A stretch of DNA of 64,000 nt from Candidatus Latescibacterota bacterium (lineage in GTDB: Bacteria; Latescibacterota; UBA2968; UBA8231), in the NCBI GenBank assembly GCA_965200315.1, contig OZ241362.1, positions 288,001 to 352,000 on the forward strand, read 5' to 3'. The translations under genes and the position numbers were made by a program. Positions 31,626 through 41,643 of the stretch are shown piece after piece (position 1 is the first letter of the stretch; each line of letters begins with the position of its first letter). A model generated the notes under the pieces. It worked only from the letters and a program-made list of their open reading frames with translations, did not search any database and was not told the origin of the DNA.

Positions 31626-33284
31626 ATGGAATATCCAGATATGATCCAAGCATTAGTGGGCTTGGGCCTGATCGCTTTGGGCGGTGGTCTGGGTTTTCTG
31701 CTGAGTTATCAATTAAAAAGGGGCATCCTCCCCCAAGTCGAGAAAGAGGCAGAAGACCGAGTGCGGCAGCAGCTAGCCGAAGAGGAGCGCACAGTGCGGC
31801 TGAGCTTGCTCGAAGAGCGGGATGACTGGTATAAAACCAAAGCCCGCCAAGAGGCCGAATTAGAAGATCAATTGGCCGATCTGAACCGCCGCGATAAGAG
31901 CTTGGCACAGCTCGTACGCGCCCTCAATAGCCAGAAAGAAGAGCAGAACCGGGCGTGGAATCGCCTCAAAAATCAGGAGCAGCGGATTGGCCAGCGCGCA
32001 CGAACCTTAAAAGAAGAAGAAGAAGAACTGGGCCAAATGCGCGCCGAGTACCAGCAACGTCTAGAATTGGCCAGTGGGTTGCCCGCGGACGAAGCGCGCG
32101 AACAGATGATGGAGCATCTGGCCGGCGAAGTCCGCGGACGGGCGGCGGCCATGATCCGCAGTGAGCGCACCAAGGCTAAAGAAGAGTCGGACCGAGAAGC
32201 TAAAAAAATCATTGCCCAAGCTATTCAGCGTTGTGCAGTTGAAGAGACCGTCCACTTGGTTACCTCGACCGTGCCCTTGCCCAACGAGGGAATAAAAAGT
32301 CGCATCATCGGCAGGGAAGGACGCAACGTGCGTACATTTGAGACGGCGACCGGAGTCAAAGTCGTGGTCGATGATACGCCCGACGCCGTGTTGCTTTCGT
32401 CCTACGATCCAGCGCGTCGCGAAGTAGCTAGCCGTGCCATGCAGCAGCTAATCAGCAGCGGCGGTTTCACTCCAACCAAAATTGAGGAAGTGGTAGCGGA
32501 GTGCCGCAAGACCCTAGATCAAGATATGGTCGCAGTCGGTAAGAACGCCCTCAACGAGATTGGGGCTAGCCAGTACCACGCTGATTTGCCCTATTACGTG
32601 GGCATGCTCAAATATCGCGCTAGCTTTGGACAAAACCTTTTACAACACTGCCTAGAGGTCGCCCATTTGGCCGGAGGGATGGCTGCCGAGGTTGGATTGG
32701 ATGTACCGTTGGCCAAGAGGGCGGGCCTCTTGCACGATATCGGCAAGACCATCAGCAAGGAGTTAGAAGGAGGCCACGTCGAATTGGGTATCAAGCTAGG
32801 CGAGCAATTCGACGAGCATCCGACCGTCAAGGAAGTCATCGCCGAGCACCACGAGGACCACGATCGTCTTTCGCCGATCTGCTTCTTGGTTAAGGCCGCC
32901 GATACTATATCGTCTATACGGCCCGGAGGACGGCGCGAGGACCTCGAAGGTTATACCCGCCGCATCATGCGCTTGGAGGAAATCGCGACTTCGTTTGCGG
33001 GCGTCACAGACGTGTACGCCATCAACGCCGGCCGCGAGATCCGCGTCATGGTCTGCGGCGAACAGGTCGGGGATGAAGACGCCGAGATGCTGGCATTCGA
33101 CATAGCCGAGCGCGTCAAGACCGAGTTGACTTTTGCAGGCCAAGTCAAGGTCGTGGTGGTGCGCCAAACGCAGGTGGTGCGCCATACCGAGCGGGGCCGT
33201 GGCGAGCGGCGCAACAGCGATACGCGCAATAGGAGTGATCGTCGGCCGCGCAACGGAGGCCGTAGAGGGGGTACTGGTAGCTAA
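31626..33284 (+). CDS. rny: ribonuclease Y
   Basis: N-terminal TM, coiled coil, KH (RIIGREGRNVR), HD (LLHDIGK), RPGGRRE, AGREIRV. Confidence 0.95.
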   Translation: MEYPDMIQALVGLGLIALGGGLGFLLSYQLKRGILPQVEKEAEDRVRQQLAEEERTVRLSLLEERDDWYKTKARQEAELEDQLADLNRRDKSLAQLVRALNSQKEEQNRAWNRLKNQEQRIGQRARTLKEEEEELGQMRAEYQQRLELASGLPADEAREQMMEHLAGEVRGRAAAMIRSERTKAKEESDREAKKIIAQAIQRCAVEETVHLVTSTVPLPNEGIKSRIIGREGRNVRTFETATGVKVVVDDTPDAVLLSSYDPARREVASRAMQQLISSGGFTPTKIEEVVAECRKTLDQDMVAVGKNALNEIGASQYHADLPYYVGMLKYRASFGQNLLQHCLEVAHLAGGMAAEVGLDVPLAKRAGLLHDIGKTISKELEGGHVELGIKLGEQFDEHPTVKEVIAEHHEDHDRLSPICFLVKAADTISSIRPGGRREDLEGYTRRIMRLEEIATSFAGVTDVYAINAGREIRVMVCGEQVGDEDAEMLAFDIAERVKTELTFAGQVKVVVVRQTQVVRHTERGRGERRNSDTRNRSDRRPRNGGRRGGTGS

Positions 33285-33300
33285 ATTCGCCTCAACTAAA

Positions 33301-34467
33301 ATGGCTGACGCCCCTAAAAAAATCGTCGTCCTCGGCTGCACCGGGTCCATTGGCGACACGTGTTTCAAAGTCCTCGAAAACTTGGGAAATGGGTACGAGA
33401 TCGTGGGCTTGGCAGGTGGGTCCAAGGTAGACAAGCTGATCGCACGCGCACGCTGCTGGCAGCCGCAAAAAATTTGCGTTCTAGATACCGAGGCCAGAAA
33501 GTGGGTGCAGAGCGCAGTACCGCAGATTGAGGTGGTTTGCGGTGCAGACGGGCTATGTGAATTGGCCACCATGCCGGAAGTTGATCTGGTGCTCAACGGG
33601 CTTGTCGGTGCTGTCGGCCTCGCTCCGACGCTGGCGGCGTTGGCACAGGGCAAGACCGTGGCCATGGCGAACAAAGAACCTCTAGTCATGGCGGGCGGTC
33701 TGATCTTGCAGCAAGCCGAGCGCGGTGGGGGGACCGTACTGCCATTGGACAGCGAGCCCAATGCCATTTGGCAGTGCCTGAAAGGCGAAAATCGCAAAAG
33801 CCTGAAGCGGATAATTCTCACGGCCTCTGGAGGGCCGTTTTGGGGGCGCAGTCGCGAGCAGATGCGCAACATTACCCCGGAGCAGGCCATTGATCACCCC
33901 ACTTGGAAAATGGGTCCCAAGATCAGCGTGGATTCGGCAACCCTGATGAACAAAGGCTTTGAAGTCATTGAGGCGGCTTGGCTTTTTGGCGTGGAGATCG
34001 AACAAGTGGATGTGGTCGTCCACCGCCAGTCGGTTGTGCATGCGCTGGTTGAATTCGCCGATGGCTCGCTGTTGGCGCACATGGGCAAGACCGATATGAT
34101 GCTGCCGATCCAATACGCGCTGACTCACCCAGAGCGACGGGAGGTTCCTCTCGACAATCTCGACCTCAAACAAGTGGGTCAACTGAGTTTCGCCGCGCCA
34201 GACCGAGCGAATTTCCCCTGTTTGGATTTGTGCTACGAAGCAGGCCAGAGTGGCGGGACCTTTCCAGCCGTTCTCAACGCGGCCAACGAGGAGGCGGTGA
34301 GAGCTTTTTTGGCGCGAAAAATCGGATTTCTCGATATCGCCGACTTGAACCGCGACGTGCTGGCACACTGCGGCACACAGGAGGCGGTTTCGCTCGAATC
34401 CATATTAGACGAGGATCGCTGCGCACGGCGGCTGGCCCGGGAATGGGTTGCCGGGCGGGCGGGGTAA
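33301..34467 (+). CDS. dxr: 1-deoxy-D-xylulose 5-phosphate reductoisomerase
   Basis: LGCTGSIG, ANKE, LPLDSE, TASGGPF, HPTWKMGPKISVDSATLMNKG. Confidence 0.97.
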   Translation: MADAPKKIVVLGCTGSIGDTCFKVLENLGNGYEIVGLAGGSKVDKLIARARCWQPQKICVLDTEARKWVQSAVPQIEVVCGADGLCELATMPEVDLVLNGLVGAVGLAPTLAALAQGKTVAMANKEPLVMAGGLILQQAERGGGTVLPLDSEPNAIWQCLKGENRKSLKRIILTASGGPFWGRSREQMRNITPEQAIDHPTWKMGPKISVDSATLMNKGFEVIEAAWLFGVEIEQVDVVVHRQSVVHALVEFADGSLLAHMGKTDMMLPIQYALTHPERREVPLDNLDLKQVGQLSFAAPDRANFPCLDLCYEAGQSGGTFPAVLNAANEEAVRAFLARKIGFLDIADLNRDVLAHCGTQEAVSLESILDEDRCARRLAREWVAGRAG

Positions 34468-34471
34468 ATTT

Positions 34472-34744
34472 ATGGCGCAAGACACCAACACAGCACGGCA
34501 CAAAGCACTGGCGCTATGCCAGAAGATACTCCGCATTAACACCGGGGTCATACTCGGGGCTTTTGCGCTGATTATCATCCTAACCACGATCTCGACAGCC
34601 GAGTGGGTGCGAGCTACCGGCAAGGCGCTCTACTACGTCATTGCGTTACAGGCTCTCACGTCGGTAGGGACTTGGTACTATCGCACTCGCTTGGAGAAAG
34701 CGCTGGCAAGGGTCGAAGAGGATAGTCCGCATGGAGACCATTAA
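34472..34744 (+). CDS. small 2-TM hypothetical protein
   Basis: Two hydrophobic helices; operonic spacing. Confidence 0.65.
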   Translation: MAQDTNTARHKALALCQKILRINTGVILGAFALIIILTTISTAEWVRATGKALYYVIALQALTSVGTWYYRTRLEKALARVEEDSPHGDH

Positions 34745-35171
34745 GGCCCGAGGCAAGTTCCACACCGCCCATCGGCAGCTAGACTACGACGGCAAATGTG
34801 CCCACGTCCACGGGCATACTTGGCGCGGCGCATTCGTCATCCGCACCGAGCGTTTTCCTCGGCTGGAAAAACTGGATATGTCCGTTGACTTTGGCGCGCT
34901 CAAGGACATCTTCAAATTCTTGGATCACAAGATGCTGGTTTCCGCACGGGATGCGATCTTTCTCGACGCCAAGCTCTTTGACCCACAGGGCGTCGTGGTC
35001 ATGCCCGGCGAAAACCCGAGTGTGGAAAACGTGGCCGAGTACTGCCTCGACCAAGCAGTCGAGGTATTGCAGGGGCTGTTCCCACAGCGGGGCTATCAGT
35101 ACCACATTGAAGTTTCGATCCAGGAGACTGACAACAATTTCTTTGTAGCCGACCGCCTTCTCCGTTGCTGA
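34731..35171 (+). CDS. queD: 6-carboxytetrahydropterin / 6-pyruvoyltetrahydropterin synthase
   Basis: AHR...CAHVHGH, LDH, PSVEN, ET motifs. Confidence 0.85.
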   Translation: METIKARGKFHTAHRQLDYDGKCAHVHGHTWRGAFVIRTERFPRLEKLDMSVDFGALKDIFKFLDHKMLVSARDAIFLDAKLFDPQGVVVMPGENPSVENVAEYCLDQAVEVLQGLFPQRGYQYHIEVSIQETDNNFFVADRLLRC

Positions 35172-35189
35172 GCAGTGGGGTGCAGAGCT

Positions 35190-35444
35190 ATGGTGCAGGA
35201 AAAGATGATGATTGCCAAGGAGGTTGCCGCCTATCTTCGCTGTTCGCCCTCCACGGTGCGTCGCATGGCCGGTCGCGGCCAGGTTCCCCATTATAGATTT
35301 GGCAAGTTAGTGAGGTTTCGCCTGAGTGAGATCGAGCGTTGGTTAGCCCTGCACCACGAAGGATCGGTGCTCTTGCGGGAAAGGGCGGTGTCGTCCAATT
35401 CAGATCAACTATCCCTCTTCCCGACGGGGGAGGAAAATGGCTGA
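35190..35444 (+). CDS. HTH_17 (excisionase/AlpA-like) DNA-binding protein
   Basis: KEVAAYLRCSPSTVRRM...VPHYRFGKLVRFRLSEIERWL. Confidence 0.8.
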   Translation: MVQEKMMIAKEVAAYLRCSPSTVRRMAGRGQVPHYRFGKLVRFRLSEIERWLALHHEGSVLLRERAVSSNSDQLSLFPTGEENG

Positions 35445-37713
35445 AGAAGCAAAAAATGTGGTGGTGCTCGGTGCTGGAGTCATGGGAGGGCAAATCGCGG
35501 CCCTGCTCGCAGGCGCGGGCCACAAGGTGCGCCTGCTCGACTTGCCGCTGGCAGGCGATGAGGCGGGCCGTGCGCGTCAGGGGTTGGAAAAGACCCTCGC
35601 GAGCCGACCGCCAGCTTTCTATCTAGCGGAGATGGCCCAACGCATCCAGCTAGGGAGCATGGAGGATCTATCTTGCGTTAGGGCGGCCGATTGGGTTATT
35701 GAAGCCATAGTCGAAGAAAGTGCGCCCAAGCAGGTGCTGCTGGCCCGGCTGGAGCCGTACTTGCACGACGGATTAGTCATCAGCAGCAATACCTCGGGGC
35801 TATCTATCGCCGAACTGGCGCACGGCCGCTCGCCGGAGTTTTGCCGCCGTTTTCTCGGGGCGCATTTCTTCAATCCGCCGCGCTACATGAAGTTGGTCGA
35901 GGTCATCCCCGGGCCTGATACCGACCCAGCCATCGTCCAGCAGATGGTCGATTTTCTCTCCGGAGAGTTGGGCAAGGGCGTGGTCCGCGGCCAAGACACG
36001 CCTAATTTTATCGGCAATCGCCTGTGGATTTTCGCTGCCTGCGACATGTTGCAGCGGATGGAGCGGGATAGGCTGGGCGTGGCCGAAGTTGACACGCTGA
36101 CCGGTCCCCTGATGGGGCGGCCCCCAAGCGCGACCTTGCGCGTCTGCGACATCGTGGGCTTGGACACGGTCGCGCACGTGGCTGAGACCAGCTACGAAGG
36201 ATTGCCGGCAGATCCGTGGCGGTCGCTTTTTGCGATGCCGGCGTTTTATCGGCGCATGTTGGAGGAGAACTTACTCGGGGCCAAGGTCAATGCCGGGTTT
36301 TACCGCAAGGCCGGGGCAGGTATCGAGGCCCTCGATTTGGATACCTTCGCCTACCGATCCGTGCAGAAGGTAGAGTTGGGAGCCTTGGAATCGGCGTTGC
36401 GCGCACGTTTACCGGAACGCCGCCTCCGTGCCTTGTGGTATGATTCCGGTCCGTGGGGCCAGTTGGGGAGGGCGCATCTCATGGCCGTGCTGGCCTACGC
36501 CGCCGAGCACGCGGCCGACATAGCTGGCGATATCGTCCAAATCGATCAGGCGATGCGCTGGGGATTTAACTGGGCGCTCGGTCCTTTTGAATTGTGGGAT
36601 CTCTTCGGCGTCGAAGAGGTCGTCAATGCTCTGGCAGCTAACCAACAGCGGGTCCCCGATCTCGCCGCTCAATTGCTCGACGCAGGTGAAACGCATTTTT
36701 ACCACGAGCAAGGCGCGTTCTCGCCGACTCGGTTGCGGCGCGAAAGCTGGCAGCCGCCAGCCGACGTTTGGGACCAGCTAACTGCCGAGCGAGCCATCTG
36801 GTCCAATGATGGAGCGTACTTGGTCGAGCTAGACGAGGAACTGGGGGTGCTGGTTTTCAGCGGCAAGATGAACGCCTTGGGGCCAGCGGCGCTGGAAGCC
36901 GTCCATCACTCGGTAGATACAGCCTCCTTTGCTGGCTTGGTGCTCGCCGGTGCTGGCTCCTTGTTCTCGGTCGGTGCCGACTTGAAACACGTGGCCAAGC
37001 TCGTCGATGAGAGCGACTGGGCGGTGCTAGAAGCGTTTGTCGCTTCTTTCCAAGAGGCCGTGCAAGCGCTGCGCTACGCACCTTTTCCGGTCGTCGCGGC
37101 CCTCCGCGGCTTGGTGCTGGGCGGCGGGTGCGAGTTCGCCTTGGGTGCTGATGGGCGCGTGGCAACGGCTGAATTAGGCATGGGCTTGGTGGAGACTAAG
37201 GTCGGCCTGATCCCTGGCAGCGGCGGCTGTATGGAGATGGCGCGGCGGGGGGTGAGCGATATAGAATCCGCGTTTGAGACGATTTTTGCCGGAAATTTCA
37301 GCGATAATGCTTTCGAGGCCCGAGCATGGGGTTTCCTCGGTGCTGACGACGAGATTGTCTTTGCCGAGGGCCAACTCTTAAAGCAGGCCGTAGCCAAATT
37401 GCGCAGCCTGCTTGCCACAGGCTACTGCGCTGGTGCGCCGGATGGAGTAGAGGTCGCTGGAGACGAAGGGCTGGCACTTTTGCACGAGCGCCTAGACGAA
37501 GGCCGGGCTGCTGGGCAGCTCAGCGAGCACGACCTAGTCGTAGGGCATGGTCTGGCGCGGGTGCTTACCGGAGGTGGTGGGGTGCGCCGGGAAGCAGAGG
37601 AGCGCGACTTGCTCGATTTAGAACGCGAAGTCTTTCTGCAACTGTGCGGAACCGAGCGTACGCGAGAGCGCATCGCGTACATGCTGCACACAGGTAAACC
37701 ACTGAAGAATTAA
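35437..37713 (+). CDS. 3-hydroxyacyl-CoA dehydrogenase / enoyl-CoA hydratase (FadN-like)
   Basis: VLGAGVMG, SNTSG, HFFNPPRYMKLVE, GGGCE, GLVE..GLIPG, GKPLKN. Confidence 0.92.
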   Translation: MAEEAKNVVVLGAGVMGGQIAALLAGAGHKVRLLDLPLAGDEAGRARQGLEKTLASRPPAFYLAEMAQRIQLGSMEDLSCVRAADWVIEAIVEESAPKQVLLARLEPYLHDGLVISSNTSGLSIAELAHGRSPEFCRRFLGAHFFNPPRYMKLVEVIPGPDTDPAIVQQMVDFLSGELGKGVVRGQDTPNFIGNRLWIFAACDMLQRMERDRLGVAEVDTLTGPLMGRPPSATLRVCDIVGLDTVAHVAETSYEGLPADPWRSLFAMPAFYRRMLEENLLGAKVNAGFYRKAGAGIEALDLDTFAYRSVQKVELGALESALRARLPERRLRALWYDSGPWGQLGRAHLMAVLAYAAEHAADIAGDIVQIDQAMRWGFNWALGPFELWDLFGVEEVVNALAANQQRVPDLAAQLLDAGETHFYHEQGAFSPTRLRRESWQPPADVWDQLTAERAIWSNDGAYLVELDEELGVLVFSGKMNALGPAALEAVHHSVDTASFAGLVLAGAGSLFSVGADLKHVAKLVDESDWAVLEAFVASFQEAVQALRYAPFPVVAALRGLVLGGGCEFALGADGRVATAELGMGLVETKVGLIPGSGGCMEMARRGVSDIESAFETIFAGNFSDNAFEARAWGFLGADDEIVFAEGQLLKQAVAKLRSLLATGYCAGAPDGVEVAGDEGLALLHERLDEGRAAGQLSEHDLVVGHGLARVLTGGGGVRREAEERDLLDLEREVFLQLCGTERTRERIAYMLHTGKPLKN

Positions 37714-37730
37714 GAAGGGAAGAGGACTTT

Positions 37731-39194
37731 ATGGGCTTGCGTAGTGCCGCCGAGTTCAAAGAAGGCTTGCGCGACGGGCGCGAAGTGTACCATCGAGGAG
37801 AGCGGGTTGAGGACGTAACCGCGCATGACGACTTGGGAATTGGGGTGAATCACGTCGCCTTGGATTTTGAACTGGCCGAGGACCCAGCGCACCGCGACCT
37901 AATGACTTGGCTGGACGAAGACTTGGGCGAACCCGTCAGTCGCTATTTTAAGACGCCGACAGATGCTACGGATTTGCTCAATCGACGTGAGATGATTGAG
38001 CGTTCGACGCGGCTGGGCAGTAGCGTCGTATTGCTAATCAAGGAAATTGGCACCGACGCGCTCTTCGCCCTCGACTTGGTTTCCGATCATTTGGACCAAA
38101 ATGCTGGTGGGCAATACAACGCGCGCGTACAAGCCTTCCACCGCGCGTGCAAGCAGCGCGACCTGAGCTTGGCTGTGGCCCAAACCGACGTAAAAGGAGA
38201 TCGCAGCCTCTTGCCATCGCAGCAAGCGCACCCCGACTACTATGTCCACATTGTCGAGGAGCGGAGCGATGGAATCGTGGTGCGCGGGGCCAAAGCCCAT
38301 ACGACATGTGCCCCATATGTCGATGAACTCGTCGTCTTGCCGACCCGTGCGCTCAAAGAGGAGGACGCGGCCTATGCGGTTGCCTTTGCCACGCCGGTCA
38401 ATGCGCCAGGGCTCAAGCTAATCGCCAGCCCCTTTGGCTCGCCGCCGGTGAGCCAGTTCCACCACCCGGTCAGTTCCGAGCATCGCATGATCGACACGCT
38501 GACGATCTTCGACGATGTCTTTATTCCTAACGAGCGCGTCTTCCTCAAAGGGGAATGGCAATACGCCGGGCCGCTGGCCAACGCCTTTGTCGAATTTCAC
38601 CGCTTTACGGCCTCCTCGTACAAACCGCCGCTCTGCGATCTCTTTATCGGAGCAGCGGTGCTCTTAGCCCGCTATAACGGCATCGCCAAGGCTGGTCACG
38701 TGCGCGAGAAGCTGACCAAGCTTATCACCTATGCCGAGACCGTCCGCGGGCTGACTTTGGCCGCGGCCCACGATTGCCGCATCGCTGCAAACGGCACGGC
38801 CGTGCCCAATATCGTCTTTACCAACTTGGCCAAATTCCACTTTGCCAATAACTATCACCAAGCTGTGTCTTGGGTCCAGGATATTGCCGGAGGATTGGTG
38901 GTCACTGGACCGTCGGAAGAGGACTTGGCCAATCCCGAGACCAAAGACTATATCGAACACTTCTTAGGCGGTGGAAGCGGCGTCGATGCGGAGGCGCGGC
39001 TGAAGGCAATCAACTTGGTGCGCGACCTGACGGCTTCGACCTTTGGTGGTTACAACGAGCTATTGGCCATCCACGCCGAAGGCTCATTGGAAACCCAGAA
39101 AATCACCATTCTGCGCGATTACGACCTCGAGCGCTGTGTCCGGCTGGCCCAAGAAGCCATCGGCTATAGATTGAGCCAAACACCAAATAGTTAA
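37731..39194 (+). CDS. HpaB / 4-hydroxybutyryl-CoA dehydratase family flavoprotein
   Basis: LRDGREVY..GERVEDV, AQTDVKGDRS, DGIVVRGAKAH, FDDVFIP, HAEGS. Confidence 0.85.
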   Translation: MGLRSAAEFKEGLRDGREVYHRGERVEDVTAHDDLGIGVNHVALDFELAEDPAHRDLMTWLDEDLGEPVSRYFKTPTDATDLLNRREMIERSTRLGSSVVLLIKEIGTDALFALDLVSDHLDQNAGGQYNARVQAFHRACKQRDLSLAVAQTDVKGDRSLLPSQQAHPDYYVHIVEERSDGIVVRGAKAHTTCAPYVDELVVLPTRALKEEDAAYAVAFATPVNAPGLKLIASPFGSPPVSQFHHPVSSEHRMIDTLTIFDDVFIPNERVFLKGEWQYAGPLANAFVEFHRFTASSYKPPLCDLFIGAAVLLARYNGIAKAGHVREKLTKLITYAETVRGLTLAAAHDCRIAANGTAVPNIVFTNLAKFHFANNYHQAVSWVQDIAGGLVVTGPSEEDLANPETKDYIEHFLGGGSGVDAEARLKAINLVRDLTASTFGGYNELLAIHAEGSLETQKITILRDYDLERCVRLAQEAIGYRLSQTPNS

Positions 39195-39409
39195 GGAACG
39201 AAAATAAGAAACAAAAAGTGTTGATTATATAAATTTAGGCCTTATATTAACCTGACCCTTCCCCTATAGGTTTATTCAAAGCTGCTTTTCTTTCGGATGT
39301 AGTTCCCCCAGATCCGAAATTCCCTACTCTTCCATATTAGGTCCCCATCATAGCTTAATGCAGCCAAGAGTCCCCATGCTGGCTCATTAGCAACAGGAGG
39401 CGTCAAGTT

Positions 39410-40255
39410 ATGACTACCTTGCAGACCGATTCTATCGTCGATCAGTATTTCCACGAGATCGAGGATGCTGTCGGGCTATCGTCCGAGGACGAAGTGGCCA
39501 TCGCCCAGCAAATAAAAGAGGGCGATGAAGAAGCCTTATCCAATCTAGTTAAAGCCAACCTTCGCTTTGTCGTAAGCGTGGCGAAGCAATATCAGAATTT
39601 GGGCTTGCCGCTTTCGGATCTGATCAACGAGGGGAATTTGGGGCTTATCATCGCCGCCAAGCGCTTTGACGGCACTAAGGGCTTCAAATTCATCTCCTAT
39701 GCCGTATGGTGGATCCGCCAGTCGATCCTGCAAGCATTGGCCAATCAGTCGCGCATCGTGCGGTTGCCACTCAATCGCATCGGCGAACTGACACGCGTCA
39801 ACAGGGTGCTCAACAAGCTGGAACAGGGGCTAGGGCGTCCCCCAGAAGTGGAGGAAATCGCCGAAGAGCTAGAGGTCGAACCCGGCGATATGGATCTCCT
39901 ATTGAGATTGGCCCAAAGGCCCGTTTCGCTGGAGATGCCCTGCGACGAATCCGAGCCGGATCGCTGTTTCGGCGATCTGATTCCCGACTATAGTCAGCCG
40001 TCCAGCGACGAGGCTCTCTCTATCGACGAGCTCAAAGAGGAGATCTTCAACGCCATGCACGCCCTGACCGAGGGCGAGGCGCGCGTCTTGAAGATGTATT
40101 ACGGTTTGGATGGACACGAGCCGATGACCTTAGAGAAGATCGGGGCCTATGTCGGGCGCACTCGGGAACGAGTGCGGCAAATCAAGGAAAAGGCCCTGCA
40201 GAAGCTCCGCCATCCCGCTCGCTGCGACTCTCTCAAGGAGTACTACGCGGACTAA
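39410..40255 (+). CDS. RNA polymerase sigma-70 factor, RpoD/RpoS group, without region 1.1
   Basis: ANLRFVVSVAKQY, DLINEGNLGL, KFISYAVWWIRQ, TRERVRQI. Confidence 0.95.
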   Translation: MTTLQTDSIVDQYFHEIEDAVGLSSEDEVAIAQQIKEGDEEALSNLVKANLRFVVSVAKQYQNLGLPLSDLINEGNLGLIIAAKRFDGTKGFKFISYAVWWIRQSILQALANQSRIVRLPLNRIGELTRVNRVLNKLEQGLGRPPEVEEIAEELEVEPGDMDLLLRLAQRPVSLEMPCDESEPDRCFGDLIPDYSQPSSDEALSIDELKEEIFNAMHALTEGEARVLKMYYGLDGHEPMTLEKIGAYVGRTRERVRQIKEKALQKLRHPARCDSLKEYYAD

Positions 40256-40355
40256 TTATCTGCTGCTGCGGGGCGAGAAAAGTGGGCGCACAAGGCCGTT
40301 GGTGGCTTGGCCTTATTTGATTTTTGCCCGCTTTTTCGTTAATATATTTGTCTAT

Positions 40356-40431
40356 TCCGCGGTAGCTCAGCTGGCAGAGCGGGTGGCTGTTAACCACTTG
40401 GTCGTAGGTTCGAATCCTACCCGCGGAGCCA
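40356..40431 (+). tRNA. tRNA-Asn(GTT)
   Basis: TCCGCGGTAGCTCAGCTGGCAGAGCGGGTGGCTGTTAACCACTTGGTCGTAGGTTCGAATCCTACCCGCGGAGCCA. Confidence 0.97.
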
Positions 40432-40437
40432 CCTAAA

Positions 40438-40490
40438 AAAACAGCCGGACCAACCGATCCCGATTCTGGGATAAGGTTGTCCGGCTGTTT
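40438..40490. terminator. bidirectional terminator hairpin
   Basis: AAAACAGCCGGAC...GTCCGGCTGTTT between convergent tRNA-Asn and msrAB. Confidence 0.75.
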
Positions 40491-40521
40491 GCATTTTTGC
40501 CATGCAACAAGGCCCTCGCGC

Positions 40522-41580
40522 TTACTCAAAGAGGGCCGCGTATTCGTCGTAGCCTTCCTTGGCCAAATCCCCGACGGGAATAAAGCGCAGAGCCGCCGAG
40601 TTGATGCAGTAGCGCATCCCGGTGGGAGGTGGGCCGTCCGCAAAGACGTGCCCGAGATGTGAGTCGGCGTATTTGCTGCGCACCTCGACGCGGGTCATAA
40701 ACAGCGAATTGTCAGTGTGTTCGACGATGTGATCCGGTTCTAGCGGCTGGGTAAAGCTAGGCCAGCCAGTGCCGGATTTGAACTTGTGCTGCGAGCTAAA
40801 GAGGGGCTCGCCGGAAACGATATCGATGTAGATGCCCGCGGCCTTGTTGTCCCAGTACAGGTTTTGGAAGGGCCGCTCGGTGGCGTCTTCCTGAGTGACG
40901 CGAAATTGCAAGTCCGTAAGTTTGACGCGCAAGGAGTCAATGGGAGGTTTGGCGTATTGGACGCTGGCCGTTGCCGTCGGTAGATCTTTGCCCCAAGTCT
41001 CTTCAATAAAGCGGTCCCGGCCCGATCCTCGGCGATAGCGCTTGTAGTTCTGGGGATTCTTTAGATAGTAGTTTTGGTGATACTCCTCGGCCGGATAAAA
41101 GGTGGTGGCTGGGCGGATAGGCGTGACGATGGGTTTGTCAAAGCGGCCCGACTCGTGGATGGCTTGTTTGCTGGCTTCGGCCAAGGTGCGTTGCTCTTCG
41201 TCGTGGTAAAATATGGCCGAGGTATATTGATGGCCGCGGTCGTAAAAAGATCCATCTATATCGGTGGGATCGAATTGGCGCCAGTAGATGTCGAGAAGCT
41301 GGCTATAAGAGACAACCTCGGGATCAAAGGTGACCAGCACGGATTCTATGTGCTTGGTCGCGCCGGAGCTGACCTGCTTGTAGGTCGGGTTTTCGCGCTC
41401 GCCGCCGGTATAGCCAGAAACGGCTCTGGCGACCCCCTCGACTTTGTCAAAGGGCGCTTCAATGCACCAGAAGCACCCCCCAGCAAACGTAGCTTGGGCG
41501 TAGTTTTGGGCGCGGCTGGCTTGCGTACTAAGCACACACAGGGACGCGCCGAGTAGAATGAGTAGTTTGGCGTTCTTCAT
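40522..41580 (-). CDS. msrAB: exported bifunctional methionine sulfoxide reductase MsrA/MsrB
   Basis: Signal peptide; GGCFWC, AEEYHQ; GWPSF, HLGHVF, RYCINS. Confidence 0.96.
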   Translation of the reverse strand: MKNAKLLILLGASLCVLSTQASRAQNYAQATFAGGCFWCIEAPFDKVEGVARAVSGYTGGERENPTYKQVSSGATKHIESVLVTFDPEVVSYSQLLDIYWRQFDPTDIDGSFYDRGHQYTSAIFYHDEEQRTLAEASKQAIHESGRFDKPIVTPIRPATTFYPAEEYHQNYYLKNPQNYKRYRRGSGRDRFIEETWGKDLPTATASVQYAKPPIDSLRVKLTDLQFRVTQEDATERPFQNLYWDNKAAGIYIDIVSGEPLFSSQHKFKSGTGWPSFTQPLEPDHIVEHTDNSLFMTRVEVRSKYADSHLGHVFADGPPPTGMRYCINSAALRFIPVGDLAKEGYDEYAALFE

Positions 41581-41643
41581 AGCTCCTCCTTTTGCATTGG
41601 TTTTTTAATAGACGCTCCAAGTCGGCCAAAAGCTTCGCATGGT

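Noticed and set aside
32796-33890. 364-aa minus-strand ORF
   Set aside because: Antisense to rny and dxr; typical GC-rich shadow frame.
35190-35444. Prophage or ICE implied by the excisionase-like gene
   Set aside because: No integrase, att sites or phage genes; it overlaps a metabolic gene.
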